In this document: piece after piece, positions 12,719 to 25,210 of the stretch | Layout of the letters: every line of letters starts with the position of its first letter | How positions within the stretch are numbered: the stretch's first letter is position 1 | Assembly (NCBI GenBank): GCA_977017645.1 | Contig: OZ360233.1 | Span: 19,406,001 to 19,470,000, forward strand | Direction: 5' to 3' | Length of the DNA: 64,000 nt | Source: Torpedo marmorata | Taxonomy: Eukaryota | Position numbers and translations under genes: made by a program | Notes under the pieces: model-generated | Told to the model about the DNA's origin: nothing | The model's database searches: none | What the model saw: the letters and a program-made list of their open reading frames with translations, nothing else

Positions 12719-13198
12719 ATGTGTTGTCACTGTTTATCACTAATTATAATCATCTTCCTGTACGATAAGCTTAACCTTAAATGGTTCGTCCGTTGGACTG
12801 GTTAAGATATGCATGCGAAAAGTACAAAATGGTTTGGTGTGTTACAGCAGCGATGGGCAAATATTCAGCGACACAGTCTTTAGCTGACATTACTGACGCA
12901 GAAGGGTGGAGCGTAACTCTGAACTGCAGTCATTCGTCAGAATCTTTACCGAACAATCTTCTCTGCTCTATCCAAATTCAACGGCTATTTTTCAAGCTAT
13001 GTGTTGAAGGCATTTATCTCTGAGTTATAAGAGCGGGCTCCTAATTTCCCAGCAATATTTGCGTTTCGTTTACAAAAAACGCAATGTTATCATCAGTCAA
13101 CACGTTTCTGACGTTATTGTCTCCGATTCTGTGATCTATATCTGCGCGATGAAGTACATGGCGCCACAGAGATATTACAGACTCTGGCAAAAAAAACC
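12719..13198 (+). pseudogene. TCR alpha/delta V pseudogene (V3)
   Basis: Leader MCCHCLSLIIIIFLY with mutated donor (G|ATAAGC) and TTACAG acceptor at 12847. SATQSLADITDAEGWSVTLNCSHS, frameshifted middle, VSDSVIYICAMK. Degenerate RSS CATGGCG-23-GCAAAAAAA at 13157-13195. Confidence 0.8.
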
Positions 13199-14904
13199 AA
13201 CTCGTTAAAAGATGGAACAAGCACCCGATACAGGAAGGCAGCCGAAGTTGTGAACCCGCCGGTGAATGCTACTGTTACTGTAGCAGTCGGCATATTTGTA
13301 AAGATAATTGACTGTTTCTTAGAGAAAGAGCCGACTTTGAATGTATTGCCCACATGCAGTTGCCTTCCATATCCGGAATGTCTGCTGATTGGATTATTCA
13401 GGCGATAGGGCCAAAAGGAGACTGCCACAGTCTCACGCCGTCACCTTGAGAATCCTCTGTTCTCCGATTTCAAACACAGGGCAGGGCTGAATAATTCTAG
13501 TGCTCCCTCCTTTAACGAAATGGGTGAAGGTTCAACTCGACGTAGAGAAAGGAAGGGAAGGAAAATTATCCATGTGTTTCCACACCCCATTCCACCCGAT
13601 TTACGATTTGCTCACGTATGTTCGGGAGCTCATAGGGTCGTTTTAAAGTCCAAGCAGCCGGCCAAGAAAGGAAATAAAACACAGTAATGTAGTATATTCA
13701 GTAAACATGCTTCAGCATAAATTGCGAATGATGAACGCATAATCAAAACTGATCATCAGGGCAACGTGTAATACCTAGACGTTAAGACGTCGTGTACCCA
13801 GCATAGATACAGTCCACGACATCTTTTAAGACATTTATGTTTATCGAAATGAGTCATATTTACCCGGATTAGGGCTGAAACCATTCCCAACCTGGTGTAA
13901 AAACGAGGAGCTTTATAGATTCAGCGGGCAAGCCTGCAATCCATGTATTTAAATGGTCAGTCAATGATTCTGGATGCTAAGCCGGTATCGAGACTCACTC
14001 GTTCGTAAATGGTGAAACAATAATCCCACTCGCATGAGAAGTAAATAACGGGAAGTTATTCAGTGGTATTTATTTGTTGAAATTAAAGTAGTGTGCAAAG
14101 ATTCGAGCAAGTTATTTCTTCCTGATATCTGGAAGGCTGTGTGAATTTCTCAACCACATTGAACTGTTGTATTTACAGTAGTGTTTGCTCTGGTCTGAAT
14201 ATAATTCGAACACACCTATTGTTGCAGCTAGTCGCATGGCACGGAGAGCATTTCAAGATATTTGTCACAAATTCTGCATACCTCAAGAGGTAATTGTGAA
14301 CACAACGATGTACCAGAACAAAAGGAAATAGATGTTCATCTGAAGCTTTTGAATGCAGCGCAGAATAAAAATAAACTTCAGCCCAGGATATTACAAGAGG
14401 AGACACGAACATGGAATAAGTAACCGGGAACAGCTAAATCACTCAGAATAGGCAATGCCTATGCGAATAAGTTAACAAGGAAAGAGTGCAGGAGACCGCA
14501 AGTTGAGCATTTAGGTTGGAGAAACGGGGAGTGGAAATGCAGAACCGAGGAGGTTTAATTATTTCTTTATTGCCTGCAACACTGATTAGCGTTTGTGAGG
14601 AATGTAAAATTACAACGCCGTATTTAACATTAATTCTAAGAATGTCATTCTTCTCGATTTACATGCTGCTGCGCAATATTGCGTCAAGAGCTTTGCGACA
14701 CTCTTTCTAACGGGTGCAACTTCCATATTGTGGTCCAGTGATCGATTTGTGAACCACCGCATCCAGCCTCCACATTGGCCTGTCTCTGATTTTAATATTT
14801 GTTGCACTCAGTAATTAAAATATTTCAAACACATATTCCTCTTGTTTGGATAATGAGAGTAATGCGTACGGTTGTTACCATCACATGACGTTTAAGCTGC
14901 ATAT

Positions 14905-15040
14905 ATGTTTGTTTGCGTGTGTGTGTATGTGTGCGAGCACGTATTTGTGCGTGTGTGTGTGTGTGTCTCTGTGCGTGTGTATGTGTGTGTCTGTGTGTGT
15001 GTGTGTCTGTGTGTCTATGTGCGTCTTTGCATTTGTGAGT
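14905..15040. repeat. Imperfect (GT)n microsatellite
   Basis: Directly visible. Confidence 0.9.
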
Positions 15041-17695
15041 GTGGTCATTTCTGTCTTTCTTTGTGCAGACAAAATGATCGGTGTGTCCCTGAGCTGGTGA
15101 ATATTGGCTATGAGGAGATTCTAGTTCAGCTGGCTTATATTTTATGAGAATATAACCTGATTGGGGAGTTAATTGTAGTGTGAAACACGTACAATGCCCC
15201 GAAAAGAAGCATGATCTGCTTATTTTCGCAGGTATGTCAACCGCTAAAGGAACAGGCAAGTGGTCAGAGTGGATTCGAAGGGTCAAGTGTTGTATAACCG
15301 CACGATTCCAATTTGCTTGTACGATTAAAATGATCAGAAAACAAAAAAAAGAATGAACCTAAATATAATTGTGAAATATATGACACTGGAAGCATATCGC
15401 AGGCATGTGGAGAGAGAGTGAAGCCCCAATATTCAATAACCTGCTCAAAATTTCATGTACGTCTTGGAAGTCAAGCACGTCATTCCCTCGGATGCTTGAT
15501 CATCCGCTATTGCCCTCGAACTTTGTGTGCAGATATATTGTTCCATCCAATCCCCTGTTTTTCATCTGTTACTCCAGCAGGGTAGATGTTAGTGTTGTGG
15601 CCTCGAGATTAGCACACCTTATTTCTACTAAACCAGGAAGCATTGTGTGGTGCTGATTTTAAATTACCCTTCCTCCATAAACGTTCCCTTGTCATATTCG
15701 CACCTGTAAGCAGGATTTGATGAATGGAAGATTATTACGATGATTAAAGTGGATGTTGTAAATCTCTGCCATATTGCCTTTGTCTAATGGGACCGCCAGG
15801 TCAGAAGGGACATTGAAATAACCGGAGAAGAATACATGGGGGAAATAACTAAAATGTGATTTTAATATGCCAGGCGTAAAGAGATTACAGAGAGAAAGAA
15901 CATCTGCGGACGGGGTGAGATTAGTGTCTCTGTATACGTACTTTGACATGAATTCAGTCAAAGGTGAAAGAGTTAAGAAGGTCTTGATACACGATATTAT
16001 GCTTACGTACGAGGTTACAGGCCTTACCCAGGCTGAAAAGCTAAATGTGCTGGCAATCCTTCTTTCATTTGAGTTTTAGCGACTGGAGTTAATGAATGAA
16101 TGGATGAGGGCAGAAAGACGCATGATTGTAATCATCAGTACTGGAACATCGACAAAATATGAATGAATAATCTTAATTTAGATTCTTCCTTACATTAAGT
16201 ATAAGTTTAATGAAGCATTGTTAGTGGAGAAAAAGATCCTTGCCATTTCTTTAAGATTGCCGAAGAAGCATCGCTTTAATACTATTATTTTGCTGCCTAA
16301 GTGATGTAAAAAAAGAAAGAAAAACGTGTTTACATCACATCGTCAGTTTTCCCTGCAATATTGATCACTAAAGCCAAGCACGAAAGAACCAGAGAAGAGA
16401 AAACATGTTTCCGTAAAAGGAAAGTTATGTCAAATTAACGTGCAAGCAGAACGCTTTCTATTTGATACCAACTGTTTTCTCGTATCCTCAGACCGATCGG
16501 CAATCTGTGTTTTTTACTTTATATCTTCACAGATGAATTTATTCTGAACCCAGGTTTCCATAACCGATTACCCACTCCTTTAAACAGAGACACCAAGATC
16601 AACGAGCTCACGCTGAATGAGGCGATGATCACTCTTTCCGTGTTCTATTTATATGACGAAAACATGGAAACGATTCCGGGATACGACGTGTCTCTACAAA
16701 ATAAAATAAAAATAAAACAGCAGTTCCTCCGAGAAACAGAAAAATACAGACGCTGGAATTTTCAGTCCACAAAGAGAAGTTGGAGAAACTCAGCGAGTCA
16801 GGCAGCATCCATTTGCAGAAATGGTCAGCAAACGTTGCAGATCAAAACCCTTTATCCTGACTCGATTATTGGTTCCGATCAGTAATGTTCACTGCCCATT
16901 TATTTCCGTTGATGCTGCCTTAATCGTCGAGTCCTTTCAGCAGTATCTGATCACCCAAGATTTCCCATGACCGCCCAATAGAGGGCGCGCTCTTTCTTCG
17001 AGACGCAAGGGAGAAGCAATGAGTTTTGAATCTGCTCCGCCATTCGCCATATCATGGATGATCGCAGACGTCATTTTCAATTTAAACCCCAATCATTTCA
17101 CTCGAAGGTTTGGCTCGTATACACAACGTTGTGAACGCCATTCCTGATTATTATAACCAGATAAGCATCCGAATCCGATGTACAGTAGCCCAGATAATTA
17201 CAACACTGACGATATATCTGCATATCTAAATTCCAAATGTTAGGTTTATTTCTCATCATCCACTTGGGTCCATGCTTAGCCACGAGGTAACATATCGGTT
17301 TGGTCACTCACTCCCCGAGGGAGGGAGCATTGAAACATCGTACCACTGCATCAAATTCTGCTTGGTTTCCTGTTTGAAGTAAGTGATGTACCTCCAAGCT
17401 CCGCCAACTGTAACGGAATGAAATGGTAAACAATAAAGCTTTGAGATGATTGGTTAAACCGAGGAACAAAGAAGAAATAAGACGATTGGAGGAATGAGGG
17501 AAAAAGTCTACCTTTCTCCGGGTGGTGGTATGGTCGAAGAGGGAAAGAGATTTGTGCTGAACGGATGTGACACTGCCAAGGATATACCAATTACGAGAGA
17601 GACCGGATTTAACAGCTCCTTTCGTACATCGGATTAAAATACATTTCTGAATCATATCGATTCAGCTAAAAATTCACCCTCGACCGAAGGCAACA

Positions 17696-18546
17696 ATGTT
17701 AGCTCTGTCATCTTATTGCATTCTAACGGCAGTTGCTCTCTACAGCGGTAAGTTGTTGGTCTGTCTTATATTTTGCTTTATTCTACTGCAGGGAAAGATA
17801 TTGAATCACTGAATTTCATGCATGATGCAATAATTTCAACGAAAAGACATTGAATAAGTATTGAAAAAACGATCGTGGATCTAGCTCTGTGTAGTGTTGT
17901 CCAAATCTTTGAGGGGAACTTCGAGGTCAATTTAAGACAGACATTCTGCTATCCCGTGGGAATGGTCGCAGTGTTAAGGCGGAGACGCGTGTCATACGTT
18001 TATGCTTCTCTTCCTGAGACTTAATGTCGACGGCGAGGATGAAGGAAAGGGTTGGACATTCATGGAAGACAGTTTCATTAAATCGAATCCCAGTGCCATT
18101 CCGACACCATCTCTTGTAGCTTTATTGCATTTCTAGTTATTGTTTTTATCTTAGACCTGCATTAGGGGTAGTGGCAATTTGGGAAATGTGCGCAGTTAGG
18201 TGATGTTGGTGGATTCATGTTCTCTTCCGAATATTTCAGGACAATGTCGAGGCGACGCCGTTTCTCAGACACCGGGTGTGATCACAGTGACTGAAGGAGA
18301 GGATGCGCAGTTGAACTGTAACTATACAGCTAAAAGCACAGACACTCCTGGATTAATTTGGTACCGTATGTATCCGGGAGGATCACTGGACTTTTTGCTA
18401 CTCAGAACGAAATATGTCAGCGATGGGAAGAAAATTCCCGGAGAACGTTTTTCGGCGGAGCTCGACCATTCGAAGGGAACGGTGCCGCTGACTGTATCTG
18501 ACACGCAGCTAGGAGACGTGGCGATGTATTATTGTGCTCTGAATCC
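17696..18546 (+). CDS. TRAV: TCR alpha/delta V segment (V4); leader exon 17696-17747, intron 17748-18239, V exon 18240-18546
   Basis: MLALSSYCILTAVALYS + G|GTAAGT donor and TTTCAG acceptor. GQCRGDAVSQTP...QLNCNY...LIWYRMYPGG...RFSAELD...DVAMYYCALNP, open frame. Confidence 0.95.
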
Positions 18547-18585
18547 CACAGAGGTACGGAACTGAGCTGCGACTGTACAAAAACT
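18547..18585 (+). other. 23-RSS of V4
   Basis: CACAGAG + 23 nt + ACAAAAACT. Confidence 0.95.
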
Positions 18586-18833
18586 AACAGATCACCCCGC
18601 AGGGTATCAATGCGTGCATGAAGCTTTAAAAAATCTTCGTTGTCTCCGTCCATTTGTCACAACCCGAATGGATGATCTGAGACGATTATCCCCTTTTATA
18701 TTACTGATAAGATTATATTGATCAGGTTACATATATTTCGTATTGTCATGTAATGAAACAGAAATGTAATATTAGGCGAAATAGTCTTTAGTATGCCATG
18801 CGGTATACAAAGTTTCGCCATTAGAATTAGTAT

Positions 18834-19657
18834 TGTCCGGCGCCCCTTAGTGACACAGAAAGAGAAGCAAACAACAGACCCCAGAGTCACCGAGTGTCTG
18901 TGGATACGCCTCCTGCACTCATATTGCCTCTGCATCCGCATAAGAATCCACGACAGTTCAAACCGTCGGCAATCCGAACCCTGATCCAAACCTCCAACGG
19001 GGAAGCCTTCAGCGCCGAGGACCATTCGGGAGCCTTGCTTGTCCTCAGCATCCTCCAGAATCCTAGTTCCGATATTGGTTCTCATGAGCCAGTTTCCAGC
19101 AGCCGGAGGCTCGTGTGATTAGTTTCACCTCACGTCGTCAGTAGCCCGAAGTCTATGTTGATTCCTTGCCAGATCGCCGCCTTCGTGCGCCCTTCAGCTG
19201 CAGCGACACTCGCTGTTCTACCACCGTGGTAACTGCTCATCGGCTCCTCTCCTCTGCATATCTTTCTCACGGGAGTGTTCTCCGCGTTACTGGTGCCCCG
19301 CGCCAATCCGCTGTCGCTCCCCTGGAGTCCGCAACCCCTCGTGGCCGCTGCAGAACACAGGAGCCGGCATCCTGGGCCCAGACACCGCGGTCGCAGGATT
19401 TTAAAATAAAATACCGTCGCCTCTTTCAACAGGCCGTTTTATCCTGTACGGAATGCCGGCAGTAGGATCCGGCGGTAAGAGCCCTTGCGGTGGCATTATT
19501 TATCAGTTTCCCGCGGATCCACAGCAGCGGCAGCGCAGCCTTGACAGCAGCTCCGACAGCGCCGTCATTACATCTGAATCTGCGCCCACAGTCACTTGAC
19601 CAGCCAATTCCAGATCAAACGTGTGCCCGAAAAATGAGATAGAACTCACACTTTACA
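18834..19657 (-). mobile_element. Putative ERV 3' LTR (copy 1)
   Basis: On the minus strand it begins TGTAAAG directly after a polypurine tract AAAAGGGGGGAA (19658-19669). GC-rich, present in three copies. Left boundary (TGTCCGGCG) is tentative. Confidence 0.6.
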
Positions 19658-21549
19658 TTCCCCCCTTTTCTGATCCGAATTTATAATCTGGGTCTGAGCT
19701 CTTGACAGTCATAACAACGTCTTCCTTTTAATTAAAGGTTTTGCCCTATTGGTATAATAGATGTCAACATCTTGAAAATCCATTCTACCCTGCTTATTCC
19801 GTTTCCGCAATGTGTTAGCCTTTGAAATTTATATTCCGACTTCATTTATTATTTAAATATGTCTGAAATTTATTTTCTTCTCCGTTGATATCACATCACG
19901 TGTTGAATGTACTGCAACTTCAACCTGACCTTGCAGGTGCGTAAGACCGCAAACACAGGTGACGAGTGGTTGGGTGCATTTTTACCGGAAGGATGTGAAT
20001 TTGAATCCACGCCACATCTTTATTCGTGCAACGAGGAGCCGGGCAGTGCACTTTTCAGGGCGTATTTTCGCGAATTTCTCTCTCAAAATTGCACAGGCCA
20101 CAGCTGACGTTTGAAAAAATACTTCTGTGCCCAAACCGTGCACAACTCGCACGTTACAAACGAGATCAATTGTACCATGAGAAACAACGGGCGTTAATGT
20201 AGTGTACACAAACATGATCAAGTTCGTTCAAAATAATAAATTTATAGCAGGTATGAAAATATCAAAATTTTAAACAAATATACTGAGGCCACTTTGCATG
20301 ATGAATTGAAAATATCGTGTATGTAAACAAAATGCACCTGCTGTAATATACCCAGAGGTTGAACGAAGTGCAATGAAGCACCGACCAGTTATTTGGCTAA
20401 ACGGGACGGTTAACTAAACGCAGCCTCAGTCTGCGAAGCCCACATCTCTTGTGTAAGTGAGAAAATACGTCTCGACCACGTACAGCTTATCAAATATAAA
20501 CACAAATCAATCACAACGTGCTGAGAAATAGTGGAAGGAACTCCAGATCCGTTTTGAGTCATATTACTATGTTCAATTTTGGTCGGACCGTTGTTGTTGA
20601 TATTATACGGCATTTTTATTGCACTGTAGTTTTCTGGCTGGTTCGTCAAATTTCTCTGTATCCGGATCTGTATCTTCCCCTCTTTAATCTAATAACTACA
20701 CTACGTGGAACGTTATGGACCCGCAGGCCTATTGTCCGCACTCCCAATAAACTAAATCCCAACAGTCGCGGACCAATTATCCCAAATAGACTTTGTTCAG
20801 AACTCGTTTTCCAATTCCCCAGCCCCTCAATAGACTCAATCCCCTTACTCGCTGGCAAATTCCCAATTTCCCAAATAGACGGAGTTCATCCAGACTCGCT
20901 GTCCAATTAAAATGCACTTATCTCTTGAAATCCGTATTTCTTCCTGCAGGTCATTTTAAGGATCAAGTCATGGATATCCGGTCAACATCGGGCGAGGGAA
21001 CGGGAGAACAGGGCTCCACGGAGGAAGATGAAGGTAATTTTACATTCAGGGCCCTTTCTCCCTCTGTTTCTCCGACGCCGGCCCGTCCACTTATTCAGCA
21101 CGAACCTGATCCGTGATTTCTGCCTTGGGATCCTGCGACGACGCCAAATGTTAAATTGGACCTTTGATTGTTTGAAAGAAGCACGAATACAGCAGCACAA
21201 ACAAACTTTTATTCACTTTGCAAAGGCTGAGAACTCCTTTATAGAATAAAGCACTACCACGAGAAGCTTGTCTAGCTATCATGAGAGTCTGCTTCGTGGT
21301 CATCAATTCAACTTTTACACCTTCAGACGCCAAGGTATCTGGAACATTAGAATAGATTGCTCCATATAAGTACATATTCCTTAGAATTCTCTTTGGATTC
21401 GTTAATAAAGTTCGTGTCCCTTGCCCAATGGTTAATAGTATTTTACCTTACCATATAAGGAGGTCGTTATCAGCTCCAGCTTATAAGAAAATAATGGAAT
21501 GCCGACATCTTTGGCCTTCTTGTCAGAATATTAAAACATACATTCGCAT

Positions 21550-22043
21550 CCTCCCTTTTATAATTCCATGATACTTTATAGCTGTATACTAGTGAGTTGA
21601 CGAATATCAAGTTTACTGAAGCGGTACATAGTGTTTTTAGAAGAACAGTTATTAACATGATTAGTGCTTTTCAAAGCCAGTGTAACCAATGTGTATCAAA
21701 CCATAGCCCAATGGGATCGGTGTAATAATTATGCACGTGAGCCTCGATTTTCTTTAACTTGTTTACATGTTGTCTCATGTGCTCAACTCGGTTGGTAATA
21801 TTCTCAGAGTTGTCTGGAATATACGAACAACAATCATGACCTATAATAGCGCATGTATCCCCACGGTCAGCAAACAGAAAGTATAATGCAATACGAATCT
21901 GAATTGCCACTATTCCCACAGCAAACGGTTCAGCATACAGCTTCTTCATGGCATGCTCTGCACCCTGCAACCCATTGGTCGTGACATTGGCCAACTCTGC
22001 CAAGATCGAAGCGAGGGCGATGAGTTATTTCGATGCTTTAACG
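21550..22043 (-). mobile_element. env: ERV env transmembrane subunit remnant (copy 1)
   Basis: AIQIRIALYFLFADRGDTCAIIGHDCCSYIPDNS: immunosuppressive-domain-like segment plus CX6CC, followed by W-rich and hydrophobic segments. Truncated at a GA microsatellite. Confidence 0.88.
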
Positions 22044-22138
22044 AGAGAAAGAGAAAGAGAGGCAGAGAGAGAGAGAGAAAGAAAGAGAGAGAAAGTGTGC
22101 GTGTGTGAGAGAGAGAGAAAGGGAGAGAGAGAGAGAAA
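22044..22138. repeat. (GA)n microsatellite at the unit 1/unit 2 junction
   Basis: Directly visible; env homology to copy 3 stops at its left edge. Confidence 0.9.
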
Positions 22139-24594
22139 TTAACAATTCTGTACAATGATGATCTGCGTCTTTTCGCAGGTATGTCAACAACTAAAGGAAC
22201 AGGCAAGTGGTTAGTGTGGATTTGAAGGGTCAGATGTTGCTTAACCGCACGTTGTCAATTTTCTTGTGTGATTAAAATGGTCGGAAAACAAGACGAACAA
22301 TGAACCGTAAATGTAATTGAGAAATATATGTCACTGGAAATAGATCGCAGGTATGTGGAGAGAGAGCGAAGCGCCAATACTCAATATACTGCTCAGAATT
22401 TCATGTACTTCCTGGTAGTCAAGAAGGTTATTCTCTCGGATGCTTGATCATCCGCTATTGCCCTCTAAATTTGTGTGCAGATATATTCTTCCATCCAATC
22501 CCCTGTTTGTCAGTTGCTGGTACAGCAGGGTAGATGTTGGTGTTGTGGCCTCGGGTTTAACACACCTTAGTTCATCTAACCCAGGAAGCATTGTGTGGTG
22601 CTTATTTTGGATCACTCCCCCTCCATAAACGTCCGCTTTTCATATTCGCACCTGTAAGGAGGATTTGATGAATGGAAGATCATTACGATGATTAACGTGG
22701 AAGTTGTAAATCTCTGCCATATTGCTTTTATCAAATTGGACCGCGAGGACTGAAGGAACATTGAAATAACCGGAGAAGAATACATGGGGGAAATAACTAA
22801 AATGTGATTTTAATATGCCAAATGTGAAGAGTGTACAGACAGAAACACCATTTGCGGGAGGAGTGAGATAAGTTTCTCTGGGAGTGCCTACGTACTTTGG
22901 CATGAATTCATTCAAAGGTACAAGAGTTAAGAGTGTATTGATACACGATATTATGGTTACGTACGGGGATTGAGTCCTTACCCAAGCTGAAAAGCATAAA
23001 TGCTCTGGAAATCCTTTTTTCATTGGAGTTGCGGCGACTGGAGCTTAATACATTTATGGCTGAGGGCTGGAAAGCGCATGATTATAATCATCAGCACTGG
23101 GGCATCGCGAAAATATTTAATGGAAACTTTTAAGTTAGATGCTTCCTTACATTAACTATAAGTTTAATGAAGTATTGTTAGTGGAAAAGTAGTTCATTGC
23201 CATTGCTTTTTTAAGATTGCTGAAGAAGCATCAGTGTAAAACATTACTTTGCGACATACGTGATCTCAATAAACGAAATAAAAATGTGTTTTCATCACAT
23301 CGTCAGTTTTCCCTGCATTGATGATCACTGAAGCCAAGCAGGAAAGAACCAGAGAAACGAAAACCTGTTTTCGCCAAGGAAAGTCATGTCAAACTAACGT
23401 GCAAACAGAATGCTTTCTATTCGATACCAACTTTTTTTATCGCATCCTCAGACCGATCGGCAATCTCTGTGTTTTTAGTTTATATCTTCACAGATGAATT
23501 CAATCTAAACCCAGCTTTCCTCAACTGATTACCGCTCCTTTAAACCGAGACCCAAGACCAACGAGCTCACGTTGAATAAGGCGATGATAACCGTTTCCGT
23601 GTTTGCACAAAATAAAATAAAAATAAAACAGCAGTTCCTACTAGAAACAAAGAAAATACAGGCGCTGGTATTTTCAGTCCACAAAGAGAAGTTGGGGAGA
23701 CTCAGCGAGTCAGTCAGCATCCATTTGCAGAAATGGTCAGCAAACGTTGCAGATCAAACCCCTTTATCCTGGATCGATTATTGGTTCTGATCAGAAATGT
23801 TCACTGGCCATTTATTTCCGTTGATGCTGCCTGAATCATTGTGTCCCTCCAGCTGTGTCTGTTCACCCAAAACTTCCCATGACCTCCCAATAGAGGGCGC
23901 GCTCTTTCTTCTAGACGCAAGGAAGAGGCAAGGAGTTTTGAATGTGCTCTGCCATTCGCCACATCATGGATAATCGCAGACGTCATTTTCATTTTGAACC
24001 CCAATTATTGAACTCGAAGATTTGGCTCGTGTACACAACATTGTTGACGTCATTTCTGATTATTATAACCAGATAAGTATTAGAAACGGATGAACACTGT
24101 CACAGATTTTTAAAAAATTAAACATTACACATCAATCATTCAGGTGCCGTTCGGCGTTGGCGATCATGTCTCTCCATCCGTTACGATCTCTGACCCTCAG
24201 AATTGTAGTTGTTTCCTCCCATGTTCGCCTTCGGTAAAAGCTCAATCTTTGAGCTGAGACCGTGGTCAATGTTGAGTTCATGATTATACAAGGGAAAAAT
24301 ACTGAAGTGGTTTCCTGTTATCTTCTTCAGTTGCAGTGTCCATACTGGACGGGGAACCCTGGTCATTTATCCGCAGATTCATCTTCCCAGCGTTTTAGTT
24401 TTACAACCATAAATTCCAATTTGTATAATCTGCTTGTTAAAACCATCCATCATCTGCAATCCATGGCTTCACGTGACCCTGATTGGGACGCTAAACAGGT
24501 ACTCCACCTTCCCCAAGGGTGACCTGTAGGCTGTTGGACGGATGGAGCGCCTTACAGCTCCTTTTTCTTAGCAAGTGCGCAGCACTGACACCGG

Positions 24595-24715
24595 TAAATT
24601 AGAACGTAGAAACCTCTTACAGTCAGCGCGGGATTCGAACCCAGGTCCGCTCCCGATCGCTGGCGCTGTAAAGGCGTTGCGGTAACCGCTACACCAACCG
24701 TGCCACCCTTACAAC
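24595..24715 (-). mobile_element. tRNA-derived SINE head, unit-2-specific insertion
   Basis: Reverse complement ggtggcacggttggtgtagcggttaccgcaacgcctttacagcgccagcgatcggg...gggttcgaatcccgcgctg, the same family as 38394. Confidence 0.8.
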
Positions 24716-25210
24716 ACCCTGACGATATATCTGCATATCGAAGTTCCAAATGTTGGGTTTATTGCTCATCATCCACTTGGTTCCATGCTTTGACACGAGC
24801 TAACATATCGGTTTGGTCATTCACTCTCCGAGGGGAGGGAGCATGGTAGCGTTGTCCCACTGCATCACATTCTGCTTGGTTGCCTGTTTGAAGTAAGTGA
24901 TGTACCTCCAAGCTCCGCCAACTGGAACGGAATGAAATGGTAAACAATCAAGCTTTGCGATGATTGGTTAAATCGAGGAACAAAGAAGAAATAAGACGAT
25001 TGGAGGAATTGAGGAAAAGCTCTACATTTCGCGGGGGTGGTGGGGTGGACGAAGAGCGAAAGAGCTTTGTGCTGAGTGGACGTGACACTGCCAAGGATAT
25101 ACCAATAACAAGAGAGACCAGATTTCACAGCTCCTTTCGTACATCGGATTAAAATTCATTTGTGAATCATATCGATTCAGCTAAAAATCCACCCTCGACC
25201 CACCGCAACT

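Larger units (their letters stand above)
15210..22043 (+). repeat. Tandem duplication unit 1 (V upstream region, V4, ERV 3' remnant)
   Basis: Colinear with 22157 onward (e.g. ttttcgcaggtatgtcaac..ctaaaggaacaggcaagtgg at ~15222 and ~22170) and with 28099-31950. Confidence 0.92.

Noticed and set aside
13165-13198. CACAGAG as the V3 heptamer
   Set aside because: Spacer to the nonamer would be 15-18 nt; the degenerate heptamer at 13157 gives 23 nt and a normal V end.
16730-16960. Partly palindromic segment upstream of V4, with a copy at ~23650-23860
   Set aside because: Looks like a decayed Penelope-derived short repeat; hammerhead core not retained.
24045-24052. Perfect CRE TGACGTCA upstream of V5
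   Set aside because: More than 1 kb from the ATG and not conserved in unit 1.
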